A stretch of 37,355 nt of DNA from Octopus bimaculoides. Lineage: Eukaryota. Positions within the stretch are counted from its first letter, which is position 1, and each line of letters opens with the position of its first letter. Where the stretch lies: the NCBI RefSeq assembly GCF_001194135.2, contig NC_068989.1, forward strand, positions 59,850,904 to 59,888,258, given 5' to 3'. A model generated the notes under the pieces. The model was not told the origin of the DNA. It saw only the letters and a program-made list of their open reading frames with translations, and made no database searches. Positions 1 to 10,887 of this stretch are shown piece by piece. The translations under genes were made by a program, and so were the position numbers.

Positions 1-656
1 TTTTTTTTTTTTTTACAGGAATCCACAATATCGAGTGCGGAGATACCGAATCTGCAAAAAAATCTGCATTTCAAAATTTTAATTCCACCCCACCCCCATT
101 TCTTAAATTTTCACTTAAATTTTTTTTTTAGCGAAATACGCAGAAAAATAAGGAGATTATGATTCTGTAAAGAAAAAAAATTTGTAAAAATTCAATTTTT
201 CAAAATAAATAAATAAACCTATATATATATATCTATAAACATTCACAATATCTCAAATGTACGTAGAGTGAATCATAGCCAATCCTTAACGAAGCCTTTC
301 AAAATTAGAGGGAAGGGGCAGTAGTCGAGACCATCAACTCTTTTACTTCACAAAGGATAAAAGGCAAAATTAGCTCGGCGAGATTCGACATCAGAACTTA
401 AAAGCCGGAAGAAATAGGTATTTTATTCGTTACTCTAATGATTCGGTTAATCCCACTGATCTAATAGAGATACTAACACAATATAATCGATGGTGTTAGG
501 GTTAGGGTTCCGACTCAATGAATGGTCTTGTGAATCACTTAACACAAATGTGGCTGTTATTTCTAGCAGGCCGAGCACAGAACTTCTTCGCTTGTTTGTA
601 CTAGTTATTTTATTGTTTTTATCATGAATCTGATGTAATAATATGCAGAAGAAATT

Positions 657-909
657 GGGGGCTAATGCAGTTTCGCACCTCTCCTTAAAAAATGCATAAA
701 AAATTTTTTTTTTCGGATTCCTACGTTTTAGATGTCGGAGATTACGAATATTCAAAAACATTCTTTTTTAAGAAGATAAAAAATTCAAGTTGGGGGGGTG
801 GGGTGAAATATAAATTTTTTTTTTTGTTTGCATATTCGTAATCTTCGACATCTAAAACGTAGAAATACGAAAAAAAATTTTCAAGGTGGTGCGAAACAGC
901 ATTAGCCCC
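657..909. mobile_element. Fold-back / MITE-like palindromic element
   Basis: Ends GGGGCTAATGCAGTTTCGCACC and GGTGCGAAACAGCATTAGCCCC are inverted (21/22). Inner arms (CTACGTTTAGATGTCGGAGATTACGAATAT vs ATATTCGTAATCTTCGACATCTAAAACGTAG) extend the pairing to about 100 bp. No clear TSD. Confidence 0.65.
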
Positions 910-1840
910 GATATCTGAAAACGACTAAAATTGCCAGATTCCCTTAGAGACATTAAAACTAGGGAAGAATGTGGGCAGCCCTACCTTCTAAATGCCTAAT
1001 TACTGGTTTAGTCATGAAAAAAAAAATGAGTGGACTCCGACGGCAACAAAGCCACATATCCAAGTGGTCTTTTATTCGAGGGTAGGGTAGATCTGCCAAG
1101 TACAGGCATGCTGTGAGGTTAACAAGTTCGCTTTACAACAACGTGGTTCCGTGTCCGAATCGAACGCACAGTACATTAGCCATAGGTTGACAAAAGGCTT
1201 GTGAGTGAAATTTGGTTATTTAGATACTCGTCAATTCTGAGCGAATTCAATTTATTCTTCTAAAATAAAATGGATTCGAGGGTTAACTACAATGACTTTT
1301 GGATATTACGTAAGGCCTTAAATGTCTTAGTGGCATCTATGTCAATGCTGATGCAAATGAAATGTAGTCTTGCGGGATCCAAAAAGAACATGATAATTAA
1401 ATACATGTAGTCATTTTTTGATATTTTTCTGGGCTATGAATTTTATATTGGGTATTAATTACCAGTATTTTATTACCAGTGTACGTGATATTTATTTGTG
1501 ATGTCTTCTTGTTGCTGCTAAGAAGGTATTACTTCTAAGTTCGATTCTGACAGGTCGATAAAATAAATTAATTGAAAAATGTTAAACTAATTCAATTGAT
1601 AATTCCCTATGTTGAAAAAAAAAAAATTCTGAGAGGGATTGAAACAAAGTATTTAGAATAACTTCACTGCAACTAATCTATCAATCAATAGAGATTTGTC
1701 TTTAATTCTAAAATGAAAGAGAAACAGAATACGCAAAGTATCGGCTCCAACTTTTTTTTTTATTTCCATCTATAATTTTTCTCATACAACTACACACCTG
1801 TTATTTTTAGATAAAACAAAATTTAACCAAAGACATCAAA

Positions 1841-1940
1841 TTTTATTATATTTAGAAATAACAGGGGTGAGTAGTTTTATTATATTTAGAAATAACAGGG
1901 GTGAGTAGTTTTATTATATTTAGAAATAACAGGTGAGTAG
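1841..1940. repeat. 34-bp tandem repeat, 3 copies
   Basis: TTTTATTATATTTAGAAATAACAGGGGTGAGTAG at 1841 and 1875, and at 1909 with 2 bp missing. Confidence 0.95.
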
Positions 1941-2307
1941 TTGAGGGAAGAAAGTCGATAGAAGCAGCGAGAAAGCTGAAGGGGCAATTTAAATATCTTG
2001 TGATTGAAGGTTTGGAATTAGAATTTGAATTAGGACCATTTGAAAAGCGTTCGTAATAACGGTTTGACAAGAAAAAGATTAGGAAATATGGTTTGTGTAT
2101 TAAGCGGGAGCCGATGAAGAAAAGTTAGATATTGCCAGCTGCAATGTGAAGGTAGGAGGACACATTCTCAATGTGACCTTTGTCGGTAGAATAGCTTTTA
2201 ATTAATCTATTGTTTCGTGTTAGTCACAGTATATTCCCGTTAAATATGGATGTGTGAAACAAGAAAGATGTTAAAGTGTGGGTGAAAATCGATTATTAAA
2301 ATCTTAC

Positions 2308-2445
2308 CTTGTATATTAAATTATTATTCCTACACCGAAACACTAGCACGAACACGACACAACTGTAGTCTAGAGAAGACGGAGTCACACACACACACGG
2401 GAAGTGACGTCAAAGCAGAGGTGGAGAGAGCTCGACGCAATCGAT
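2308..2445 (-). promoter_or_regulatory. Candidate promoter and non-coding first exon of a leftward gene
   Basis: Overlapping ETS (GGAAGT 2400-2405) and palindromic CRE (TGACGTCA 2405-2412) in a locally CpG-rich patch; strong minus-strand donor AAG|GTAAGA at 2308/2307. Confidence 0.4.
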
Positions 2446-3769
2446 AATCTGTTCTTTCCTAATTGAGATTTTCGAAGAAAAATAAATTACAGGAGTTAAC
2501 AACCTACGAGTCATCAGCACTGATTTCGAAACTATATTGGCATTAATTCATTTCGATGTGAAACAAGCCATCGCATGCCTTTTCGTGTAGAGTATTTAGC
2601 ATAACTACAGAATGGTGCTCCACATTTTCATTTCTTCAAAACCTGAAAAATGTGTGCTTTTAAATGAAAATTTGCAGAGACACGATTTCGAGGGTGTGCA
2701 TTGCAAATAGATTGATAAAATTTAGAAGAAAGATGCTTGAAATCGTTCTTTCTTGCCACCTCAGCTTTGTTTCCATAACTTAACCATTTTTCACTTATTT
2801 TTTTCTTCAGATTTATGTTTCAAACATCATCTTTACGTAATCTACACACTCGAAAACATATTTTTGCAAAATTTCCTTTTAAAATTATGCATTTTAAAGA
2901 CAGTTATGAGGAAACAAAGTTCGAGAGTTGGGAGAATAATCTGAAATTTTCTCAAAAAAAAAAAAAATGTATTTTTTGGCTTAAATGTTAAGATTATAAT
3001 CGTAATCTGCTCTCTCGAAAACGTATCGCTATAAAATTTTATTTAAAAATAAACATTTTCCAGTCAGTCATGAAAAAAAAAAACAAATTTGAGGGCACCA
3101 ATCTGTAATTATGCATAGTATTTCAGCTCACTTAGCGGTCATTGAACGTTACATAACGTTACATAATATATCTCGTCCACAAGAAAACCTAGCTATTCCT
3201 ACTCTTGTAGCGGGTAAATAAAAAAAGCAATCTTTCGTTTTTAATATAATTTACGTCACTTATAAAGCACGTGCTTTTGTTTATGTTTCTGTAAAAGATT
3301 GTCGCTTTACGTAAAATAAATTGACAATCAATTTTATTTTTTTACTTATATGGAGGAACAGGAGACTTTTGAAGTCGGCATAAAGCGAAAGAGACAGAGA
3401 GAAACTGATGTGAATGTGTGTGTATTGATGGGGTGAGCGAGACAGAAAGTGTGATATGTATGTGAAGTTGTTTTGTTAGAGTGTGTGTGTGTGAATAGAC
3501 ACAGAAAGGCAATATACATGCAAACAAGCAAAAACAAAAAACATACCTTCTCGCTCTCTCTGTCTCCCCCCTCCCTCACATGAACATGTATGCAATAGGT
3601 GTACGTACGTATGTGTGTGTGTGTGTGTGTGTCACTGAAGCTAGCCATTCACACATACATTATGACAAGTGTAATTGATGTCCTAAACACTAAGATTAGC
3701 TTGAGTGAATACGTGAATAATAGAAGTACAAACGATTCACTCAACATAAGAAAAGATGGTATCACCTAA

Positions 3770-5025
3770 CCCAATTCATCAAGATGTTCTCGTCCGAGAG
3801 TGTCCTTCCCTACATCTGTCCCCTGTCCTTTGAGGGTTAAACTATTTGGTCTCACGAAGCCCAGTGGTGATTTCTGCTCCATAGCAGCTGGGTGTATTCT
3901 TAGACGGTTCACAGCGAAAGTGTGTCTGTGCTCGGTTTCAAACTGCCTGTCTTCCAAATTTTTTCCCTATCTAGCTAGGGGTTGGTACCAAGCTAGGTTA
4001 TGAGGCTACCATTCATGCTACTAGAGCTTTCACCAACCTGCCTTCTGAGACTCCAAAAGTCAATCTAGATCTCAGGAATTCCTTCAATTCCATCAGTCGG
4101 GATGTCAAGCTCCGTGCAAGTTAGGGAGAATGCTCCACAGCTCTACCACTTTATTTAGCAAGCTTATCAAGAGCCCTCCTACCTCTCCTTTGGTGACCAT
4201 TGCATCTGCCTCTGGAACCCAACAGGGTGATCTACACGAACCTGCTCTATTTGCACTTGGTATCGATGCCGTTACCAAGATGGGAGCTGACCTGGACTTG
4301 AATATCTAGCAGATTAACGATGCTTGTTTGGGGTGGGGGGCTCCTGCTAAGGAGCAACTGTGACGACGATGACTGAAGAACCTGATCGTAGGGGCCTTAG
4401 CATCAGTTCTAAATGTGAACTCTGGCTCCTCAACCATTCAGTTTCACATCAGCAGACTGTAAACCTGTTTACGAATTCCTTCCCCTCTATCGCAGTTCCT
4501 TATCAGCATGGTGCTCTCTAAGAGCCCCAATTACTGACCGAGTTTTCGAGTTCAACTTTCGATCGAAGGTGGTTAACTTTGACCAACTATAAAAAAAAAC
4601 TTTAAAAAAACTTGAAGCAACTGAGCCCCACCAAGGTTTTTTAATACTTAGGATTTACTAGTCGATTCCTCAGTTATTGTATTTCTCAGAGTTAGTCTTT
4701 CTTAAAGATTTTCGTCGTCTTTCCAATACTTCAATATCAGAATCTCGAGAGAGTCCCGCGAACAGGCTGCTTTGCTCAAACGGTTTGGGGTCTAGGTTTG
4801 CGTAAGTGCTCGTCTCTGTCTCTTCTGTTTTCTTTCCTTCATCCACGCTTGCTCCCCTTCAGTAGGCAACATCCTCTCCTTCCTAATATGGGCTAACTCC
4901 ATCTGGGAGATGGACGAAGCTCTGCAACAAAGAGAGCTGGGTTTGTCAGGTCCGGATACAGATGAGGAGAGATGGAAGCAGAAACTATGGGACAATCTGC
5001 GTTCAGGTGCTATGTTCAACACTCT
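3770..5025 (+). mobile_element. Decayed CRE-clade non-LTR retrotransposon (reverse transcriptase and downstream region)
   Basis: Ordered, frameshifted RT motifs: LTKPSGDFCSIAAGCILRRFTAKV; (Q)LGVGTKLGYEATIHATRAF; LDLRNSFNSISRD; SASGTQQGDLHEPALFALGI; decayed LNI*QIND in place of WYLDD; LGAPI-like; EQAAL..RFGGLGLR; KQKLWD. The motif style fits CRE-type elements as I know them. Confidence 0.7.
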
Positions 5026-6540
5026 CGTATTTTTTTTTTAAGAAGAGAAAAAGAAAGCCTTTAAATGGTCATTTGATCTGCTAGAAATAGCCGCTAAGCT
5101 TGACTGTAATCACAAACCTTATAGCATTTAATATAAAGCAGAATACATTGGACTGTGTAGTCATATATTGACGAGATGATCAGGGTTGGAGTACCTTCGA
5201 TCAGAGTTATTCTGAGGCTACACAATTTATTCTCTTGGGATTCATCTCAAAAGATATGTCACATGGGTATTAGGAAACTTACCACAGGGTCCTTGGGCAT
5301 GTTGATAAATATTTACATAAAAACACATCATCATTATCATCAGAGAAAGATGTAGAAGTAAATAAAAATAGTCGAGGAGAAAAACTGATAAAACATCGCT
5401 GAATATGTGATCAAGTGTTCAAAAATCAATACAATCAAATAGATGGTCGCTTCGTCGATGTGCATGTAGTACACATACACTACAGTTTAGTGTATATGGT
5501 CTCGCTCCTCACACCAGACAGAAATATTTGATTGGGTTTTTTTCTTGTATTATTTCTTTCTGTTTTTTAATTGATATTCTCAGTCAGTTTCGGTTCACCG
5601 CCTTTATACATATGTTTGAAGAGATTAATTAACTAAATAAATATGAAGTTTAAAGAGAGTTACGAGAAAACAAAGTTGAAGGAATGGAATGATTCGAAAC
5701 TTCTTCAAGAAGTTTTTTTTTTTAATTTTTACGAACATAATCGTAATCTACACCTTCGAAAACGTTCTCTGAAGAATATGACTTTTAAAGAATGTTATGA
5801 GGAAACAAAGCCGATGAGCATCAAAATAGTCATGCCTTAGATTACATAATGATGTTATTTCACAGTACGGGCTCTGCAATGCTATATTTAATAGTGAGTT
5901 ATTGACTTTGACTTATTTGTCTTTGCTTGTTATAGACAAGTAGTGTATTAACACTTCACACACCTACAGCACATGCGTTGTTTAATGTTATGTGTAGCAT
6001 CGTATTTCAGAGTTAACCTTGCGTGCGGTTTCCTTCCTTCAAGGTTATGTAAGAAATTAAGAAAAACTTAGGTGAAATTCACATCGTGAAAAATTTAACA
6101 TTATTTCCATGCATATTGCCTCATTTCCTCCTAACCTAAGGTTTGTTTATTTACAGAATAAATATCTTATTATAGAATGTAAAAATGTATTATTTCTAAA
6201 CAACATTCCGGGAATGCCCTTGAGTAGGTGAGTTGGAGAGATTCCAGAATCGTTTATAACACAAGAATGTTTTGTTGTGCAACAAAATTTCAAGTAATCT
6301 TTATCTAAACTTAGACACATATTCCACACACTTCAGTGGTTGTCGACCGACGAAACTGTTTTACCTTCTATAAAAAAAAAATTAAAAAAAGAAGAAAACA
6401 GTTTCCACTGCAGTCAAGTACATACGTACGGAATCTTTAAATTTTACTGATGGTAATTTCGGTACAATTGTATCAAAATTAGGTACAAGGCCAACGTTTT
6501 TTTTTTTTTTTTTTTTTTTTTAAGAGGAAGAAATTTAGTC

Positions 6541-7320
6541 GATTACAATCTCCCTATACTTGAATGGTACTTTATTTTATCAACCCTAAAGAATGTAAGA
6601 CAAAAGTGACTACGGCATGATTTGAACTCAGAACATAAAGTCACAGAAGAAATGCAGCTAAGCATTTTGTCCGACGCGCTAAGAATTTTGTCACCTCACC
6701 GTCTTGTTAGTAATCATTCTTTCAATTATAGGCACTGTTGTATTTCCCTCGGAAGACTCGTAGAGATAACACAACGAGTTGTACAATTTAATTATTACAT
6801 TTATTATTCAATTACATACAAAGAATGCACTCACCCAAAGTTCGTTATAAATAAACAAAAGTCATGTCCGCCATATATATATCAATGACATTTTACTACG
6901 ACAGTCACACAAGACAACAACAATGAAACAATGAACTCAGACGAACCAGGCACAAAGCCTGATATCTTGGGGGAGGGGCAAATCAATTATATCAACCCCC
7001 AGTACTCATACCTATTTTACCGACCCGAAAGAATGAAATGCGATGGCGACCTCGGCGGAATTTGAACTCAGGACGTAAAGACGGACGAAATGCCGCTGAG
7101 CATTTTGTCCAGCATGCCGCCTTGTTAGTAATAATGGTTTCAAATTTTGGCATGAGGCCAGCAGTTTCGCGGAAAGGATCAAGCCGGTTACATCGATCTC
7201 AGTGCTCAATTGGTACTTATTTTTACTCAGAACGTGCAGACGATCGAAATGCTGCTAAGCAGTTTACCCGGCTTGCTAACGACTTTGCCAGCTCGCTGCC
7301 TTCGCCTTGTTAGTAATAAT
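6541..7320 (-). mobile_element. Cluster of three decayed tRNA-headed SINEs (family with central GCCTTTCATCC...GGGGTCGATAAA..AAGTACCAG segment)
   Basis: Copies at about 6541-6705, 6950-7123 and 7136-7308; head (minus) AAGGCGGYGAGCTGGC, B-box GAGTTCAAATTCC. The central segment resembles the MetaSINE domain as recalled. Confidence 0.75.
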
Positions 7321-7645
7321 AGCCGATGTAAATGTCGACTGGTTGGTTGGTTACAGAATATGAAAGAGAGAGTTAATGTGAAGAGAGCAGAATGAGTACA
7401 CATTCAAGGCTTTGTGGCAAGAGAATGAGGAGAGGGAGCAAATGACAGAGTCATCATGGGAAGAGAAATTTGTTTTGTTCAATTTCATTTTAACGTAAAT
7501 ATTTCTCTTGAAAATTAGTATTCATTTCTTCATTTCGTATATGCAACAGGAAATTTGACTGATATAACTTAAATTATAATTCTTGTATGTATCCTATTTT
7601 CCCTGATATATGCCGTAGTGACGAAAGTATACTTCTATAGTCAAG

Positions 7646-8360
7646 TAGCACTCCGTAGGTTAGAACGACGAGGATTCCAATTGATCCGATCAACGGAAGA
7701 GCCTGCTCGTGAGATTAATGTGCAAGTGGCTGAGCACTCCACAGACCCACATCATCATCATCATCATCATCGTTTAACGTCCGCTTTCCATGCTAGCATG
7801 GGTTGGACGATTTGACTGAGGACTGGTGAAACCGGATGGCAACACCAGGCTCCAGTCTGATTTGGCAGAGTTTCTACAGCTGGATGCCCTTCCTAACGCC
7901 AACCACTCAGAGAGTGTAGTGGGTGCTTTTACGTGTCACCCGCACGAAAACGGCCACGCTCGAAATGGTGTCTTTTATGTGCCACCCGCACAAGCCAGTC
8001 CAGGGGCACTGGCAACGATCTCGCTCGAAAATCCTACAGGAGCCAGTCAGGCGGTACTGGCAACGGCCACGCTCAAAATGGTGCATCTCATGTGCCACCC
8101 GCACAAGAACCAGTCCAGGGGCACTGGCAACGATCTTACTTGGCTTGCCGGGTCTTCTCACGCACAGCCCATTTCCAAAGGTCTCGGTCCGTAGTCATCG
8201 CCTCGGTGAGGCCCAATGTACGAAGTTCTCAAGGAGATTCAGCATGCCACAATGTGACAAGGATGGCCCTTTGAAATACATGTACAACTCATTTTTGCCA
8301 GGTGAGTGAACTGGAGCAACATGAAATCAAGCGTCTTATTCAAGGACACAACACGTTGCC
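7646..8360 (-). mobile_element. SINE with CORE-like body, split by an RTE insertion
   Basis: 7646-7746 and 8220-8280 are consecutive reverse-complement matches to the 3' tail of the SINE at 27730-28110. 8280-8360 reads (minus) GTGTTGTGTCCTTGAATAAGACGCTT...GCTCCAGTTCACTCACCTG, which is CORE-like. Confidence 0.7.
7750..8216 (-). mobile_element. 5'-truncated RTE-clade LINE
   Basis: Minus strand encodes an ORF2 end LGLTEAMTTDRDLWKWAVREKTRQAK* (8216-8136), then a 3' UTR with an internal duplication of about 110-bp period and a (GAT)7 tail. Confidence 0.8.
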
Positions 8361-10709
8361 AATTATCAAATTTGCGACCTTAGGGACTATTATGTCTAAG
8401 TATGGAATGCGCTTGATGGTTGTTGCAAAGTTGAGACCTTTGTTTAATACTGCTTCTTCAGAGCTTTCTAGATGTCAGCTACTTACTTTAATTCGTGCTT
8501 TCACGGGTGGGTGACGAACTTCAGTCTTCATCCTCCGTGCCTTCACCTTTTCAAATTCTTTCTTTTATGACTTTTCTAGATCTTGTTGGATTCTCTTTCT
8601 ATCGTCATCTCTGGTTATTTTCCCAAGTAATGAAGATAACTTCTCTCTGATTTCGTTATTTAGTTGATGTTTTTTCCAACAGTTATAATGGATCCTCTCA
8701 CGGATGAAGGCATGTCCTGCTCATTCTACTACTCTTCAAGCTTTATATGAATCCACTGGTGTCATTACATTCAAGCCAGGTGGTATTAGCTTTGAGTCTC
8801 TACATCTACACAGGAAAGTTAGATGGTTTGAAAGACGAGCTAGTTTTTGATGGAGTTTCTCTGTATGTCTCCATTGAAGTCTAATGTCGGCTCCGTACTG
8901 ATTAGATATACAGTTCTATATTTGAAGAGATAGCCATAAAGATACCAAAAGCTCAGGGAGATGAACTAAGGTGGAAAATGAGACAGGCACTAGAAAAAGC
9001 AAAACTTCCCAAACCAAACATCACAAAGGAAGAAAAGTTTGCTATCAAAAGACTACAGACAATTCCATCATAATACTTCCAGCAGACAAGGGAAATGCTA
9101 CAGAGGTGATGAACAAGTTTGACTACTCTGAAAAATTGGCAAGTCTCATAAGTGATGGTAGCTACAGCAAAGTAAAGAACCCAACTCTGAAAATAGAGAG
9201 GAAGTTGTCACAGACCTTGATCAAGAACAAGGATCACTTTACACCAATGAAGTACAGACAACTGACTCAACACTATAGTAAACTGCTACACATGTACGGT
9301 CTCCCTAAGATTCACAAGGATGGTATTCTGTTAAAACCTATAGTGAGCTGTAGAGGTTCAGAATGTCATCCACTGAGCCGCTTCCTTGTGGATATAATCA
9401 GAATATTAGCAGAAAAGTCAACACTGTACATGAAGAATTCCATCCACTTCACAGAATTGATCAAGGATACCCTCATTTGGATCCAACTAGATGATGAGTC
9501 TAGATGTGATAAGTTTGTTCACCAAAGTCCCAACTGATGGAGCACTATCAGTGATTCAAGAAAAACTAGTGACAGTCACCCATCTAAAAGAAGGTACCAG
9601 TAGACCAATAGTAAATGTTGACCTTCTGCGAAGAAACTACCTACTTCAGAATAGACACTGATATATATCGACAAGAAGAGGGTCGAGCTATGGGATCACC
9701 ATTATCACCGATAACAGCCAATATATATACATGGAATACTTTGAGAATTTGGCTTTAGGATCAACACCACTAAAACTAACCCTATGGCTGCGATATGTTG
9801 ATGACACCTTTATACTCTGGCCCCACCAGGAAGATGTCCAAGTATTGTCAGATCATGTGAACTCAATAAAGCCATCCATACAGTTCACAGTGGAAAAGGA
9901 AAAAGACAATCAGCTAACATTCCTGGACGTAGTAATAGCATGCACCAAGTATGGATTCAGGACATCCATACACTGCAAGCTGATCTTCACTGGACGATAC
10001 CTAAACTTCAATTCCCACCATCCATACAATGTAAAGAGAGGGATTGCTCAGTACCTAAAACATTGTGCAAAGAATATAAGTAGTGATCGTGATACACACC
10101 ATGAAGAAATGATAAAGATAAATAACAATCTATTAAGCAACAACTACCCCAAAAATATACTATCCACTTCAATTATGAAGAAAAGAGAGGATGAAATAAA
10201 CTGCCCACAGTCTGTCTACTCTATGTGAAAGCCCTCTCTGAAAAGATACAAAAGATATGCAGCCCATATGACATCAGGACAGTATTCAAGAGTAATATAA
10301 CACTTCACAAATATCTCCTTTGAGTATAACCACCAATAGAAGAGAATATGACCAAAGACTGTGTGTACTCCATCCCTGGTAGGTTATACAAAGGTGAAAC
10401 ATTCCGCCCCCTCAAAATAAGGGTAGATGAACATCGCAAAGCTGTGACAGGAGATATTGATAAATCGAGTATAGCTGATCATGTATGGAAAAATGGAGAC
10501 CACCTCCCCCTGTGGGATGAAATTAAATAATAGACAGAGAACATCACTGGAAAATACAAAAACTAAAAGTAGCAGCACATATGCTAGGACACAACAACCT
10601 CCTAAGCAGACCGAGTGCAGATATGAGTAGCATATGGGAACCGGTATTTAGGAAGGATAGGAAAATATTAGATTTATAAGCCCTAAAATTCACTCCATAA
10701 TTGCCCACA

Positions 10710-10797
10710 GGCATATGACATAGTGGTTAAAAGCATGGGCTACTAACCCCAAGATTCCGAGTTTGATTCCAAGCAGTGACCTAAATAATAATAATAA
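10710..10797 (+). pseudogene. tRNA-Ile(AAT)-like module with (AAT)n tail inside the Penelope 3' region
   Basis: GGGCTACTAACCCCAAGATTCCGAGTTTGATTCC resembles the tRNA-Ile GTGCTAATAACGCCAAGGTCGCGGGTTCGATCCC. A-box-like TGACATAGTGGTTAA, B-box-like GAGTTTGATTCC. Stems are mismatched, so it is not a functional tRNA. Confidence 0.6.
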
Positions 10798-10846
10798 CAT
10801 CGAAAAATACCTTAGGAATGAGAACCCAGGTTCGAAATTTCCCCAA

Positions 10847-10887
10847 GACACCTGATGAAGGCTGGAGGGTATATCAGCCGAAATGTA
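10847..10887 (+). ncRNA. Minimal hammerhead-ribozyme-like core, probably decayed
   Basis: CTGATGA (10852-10858), A, GGCTG/CAGCC helix II with 10-nt loop, GAAA (10880-10883), TGTA. The helix I partner is disrupted in this copy. Penelope-like elements are known to carry minimal hammerheads in their terminal repeats. Confidence 0.6.

Noticed and set aside
496-509. TTAGGG x2, telomere-like
   Set aside because: Too short to distinguish from chance.
1841-1940. Possible CRISPR array
   Set aside because: The repeats are contiguous with no spacers, and the context is eukaryotic with no cas genes.
3342-3648. ORFs rich in His/Thr/Ser
   Set aside because: Translations of (GT)n/(GA)n microsatellite sequence.
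5643-5840. Lys/Glu-rich ORF with internal repeats
   Set aside because: The DNA matches the dispersed non-coding repeat also seen at 2810-3030; no recognisable domain or splice support.
7826-8309. Four overlapping 84-128 aa ORFs
   Set aside because: They are GC-richer RTE 3' UTR with an internal duplication; only the 27-codon minus-strand ORF2 end is meaningful.
10710-10781. Functional tRNA gene
   Set aside because: Acceptor, anticodon and T stems are mismatched, the anticodon loop reads ACT, and it is followed by (AAT)n; kept only as a tRNA-like module.
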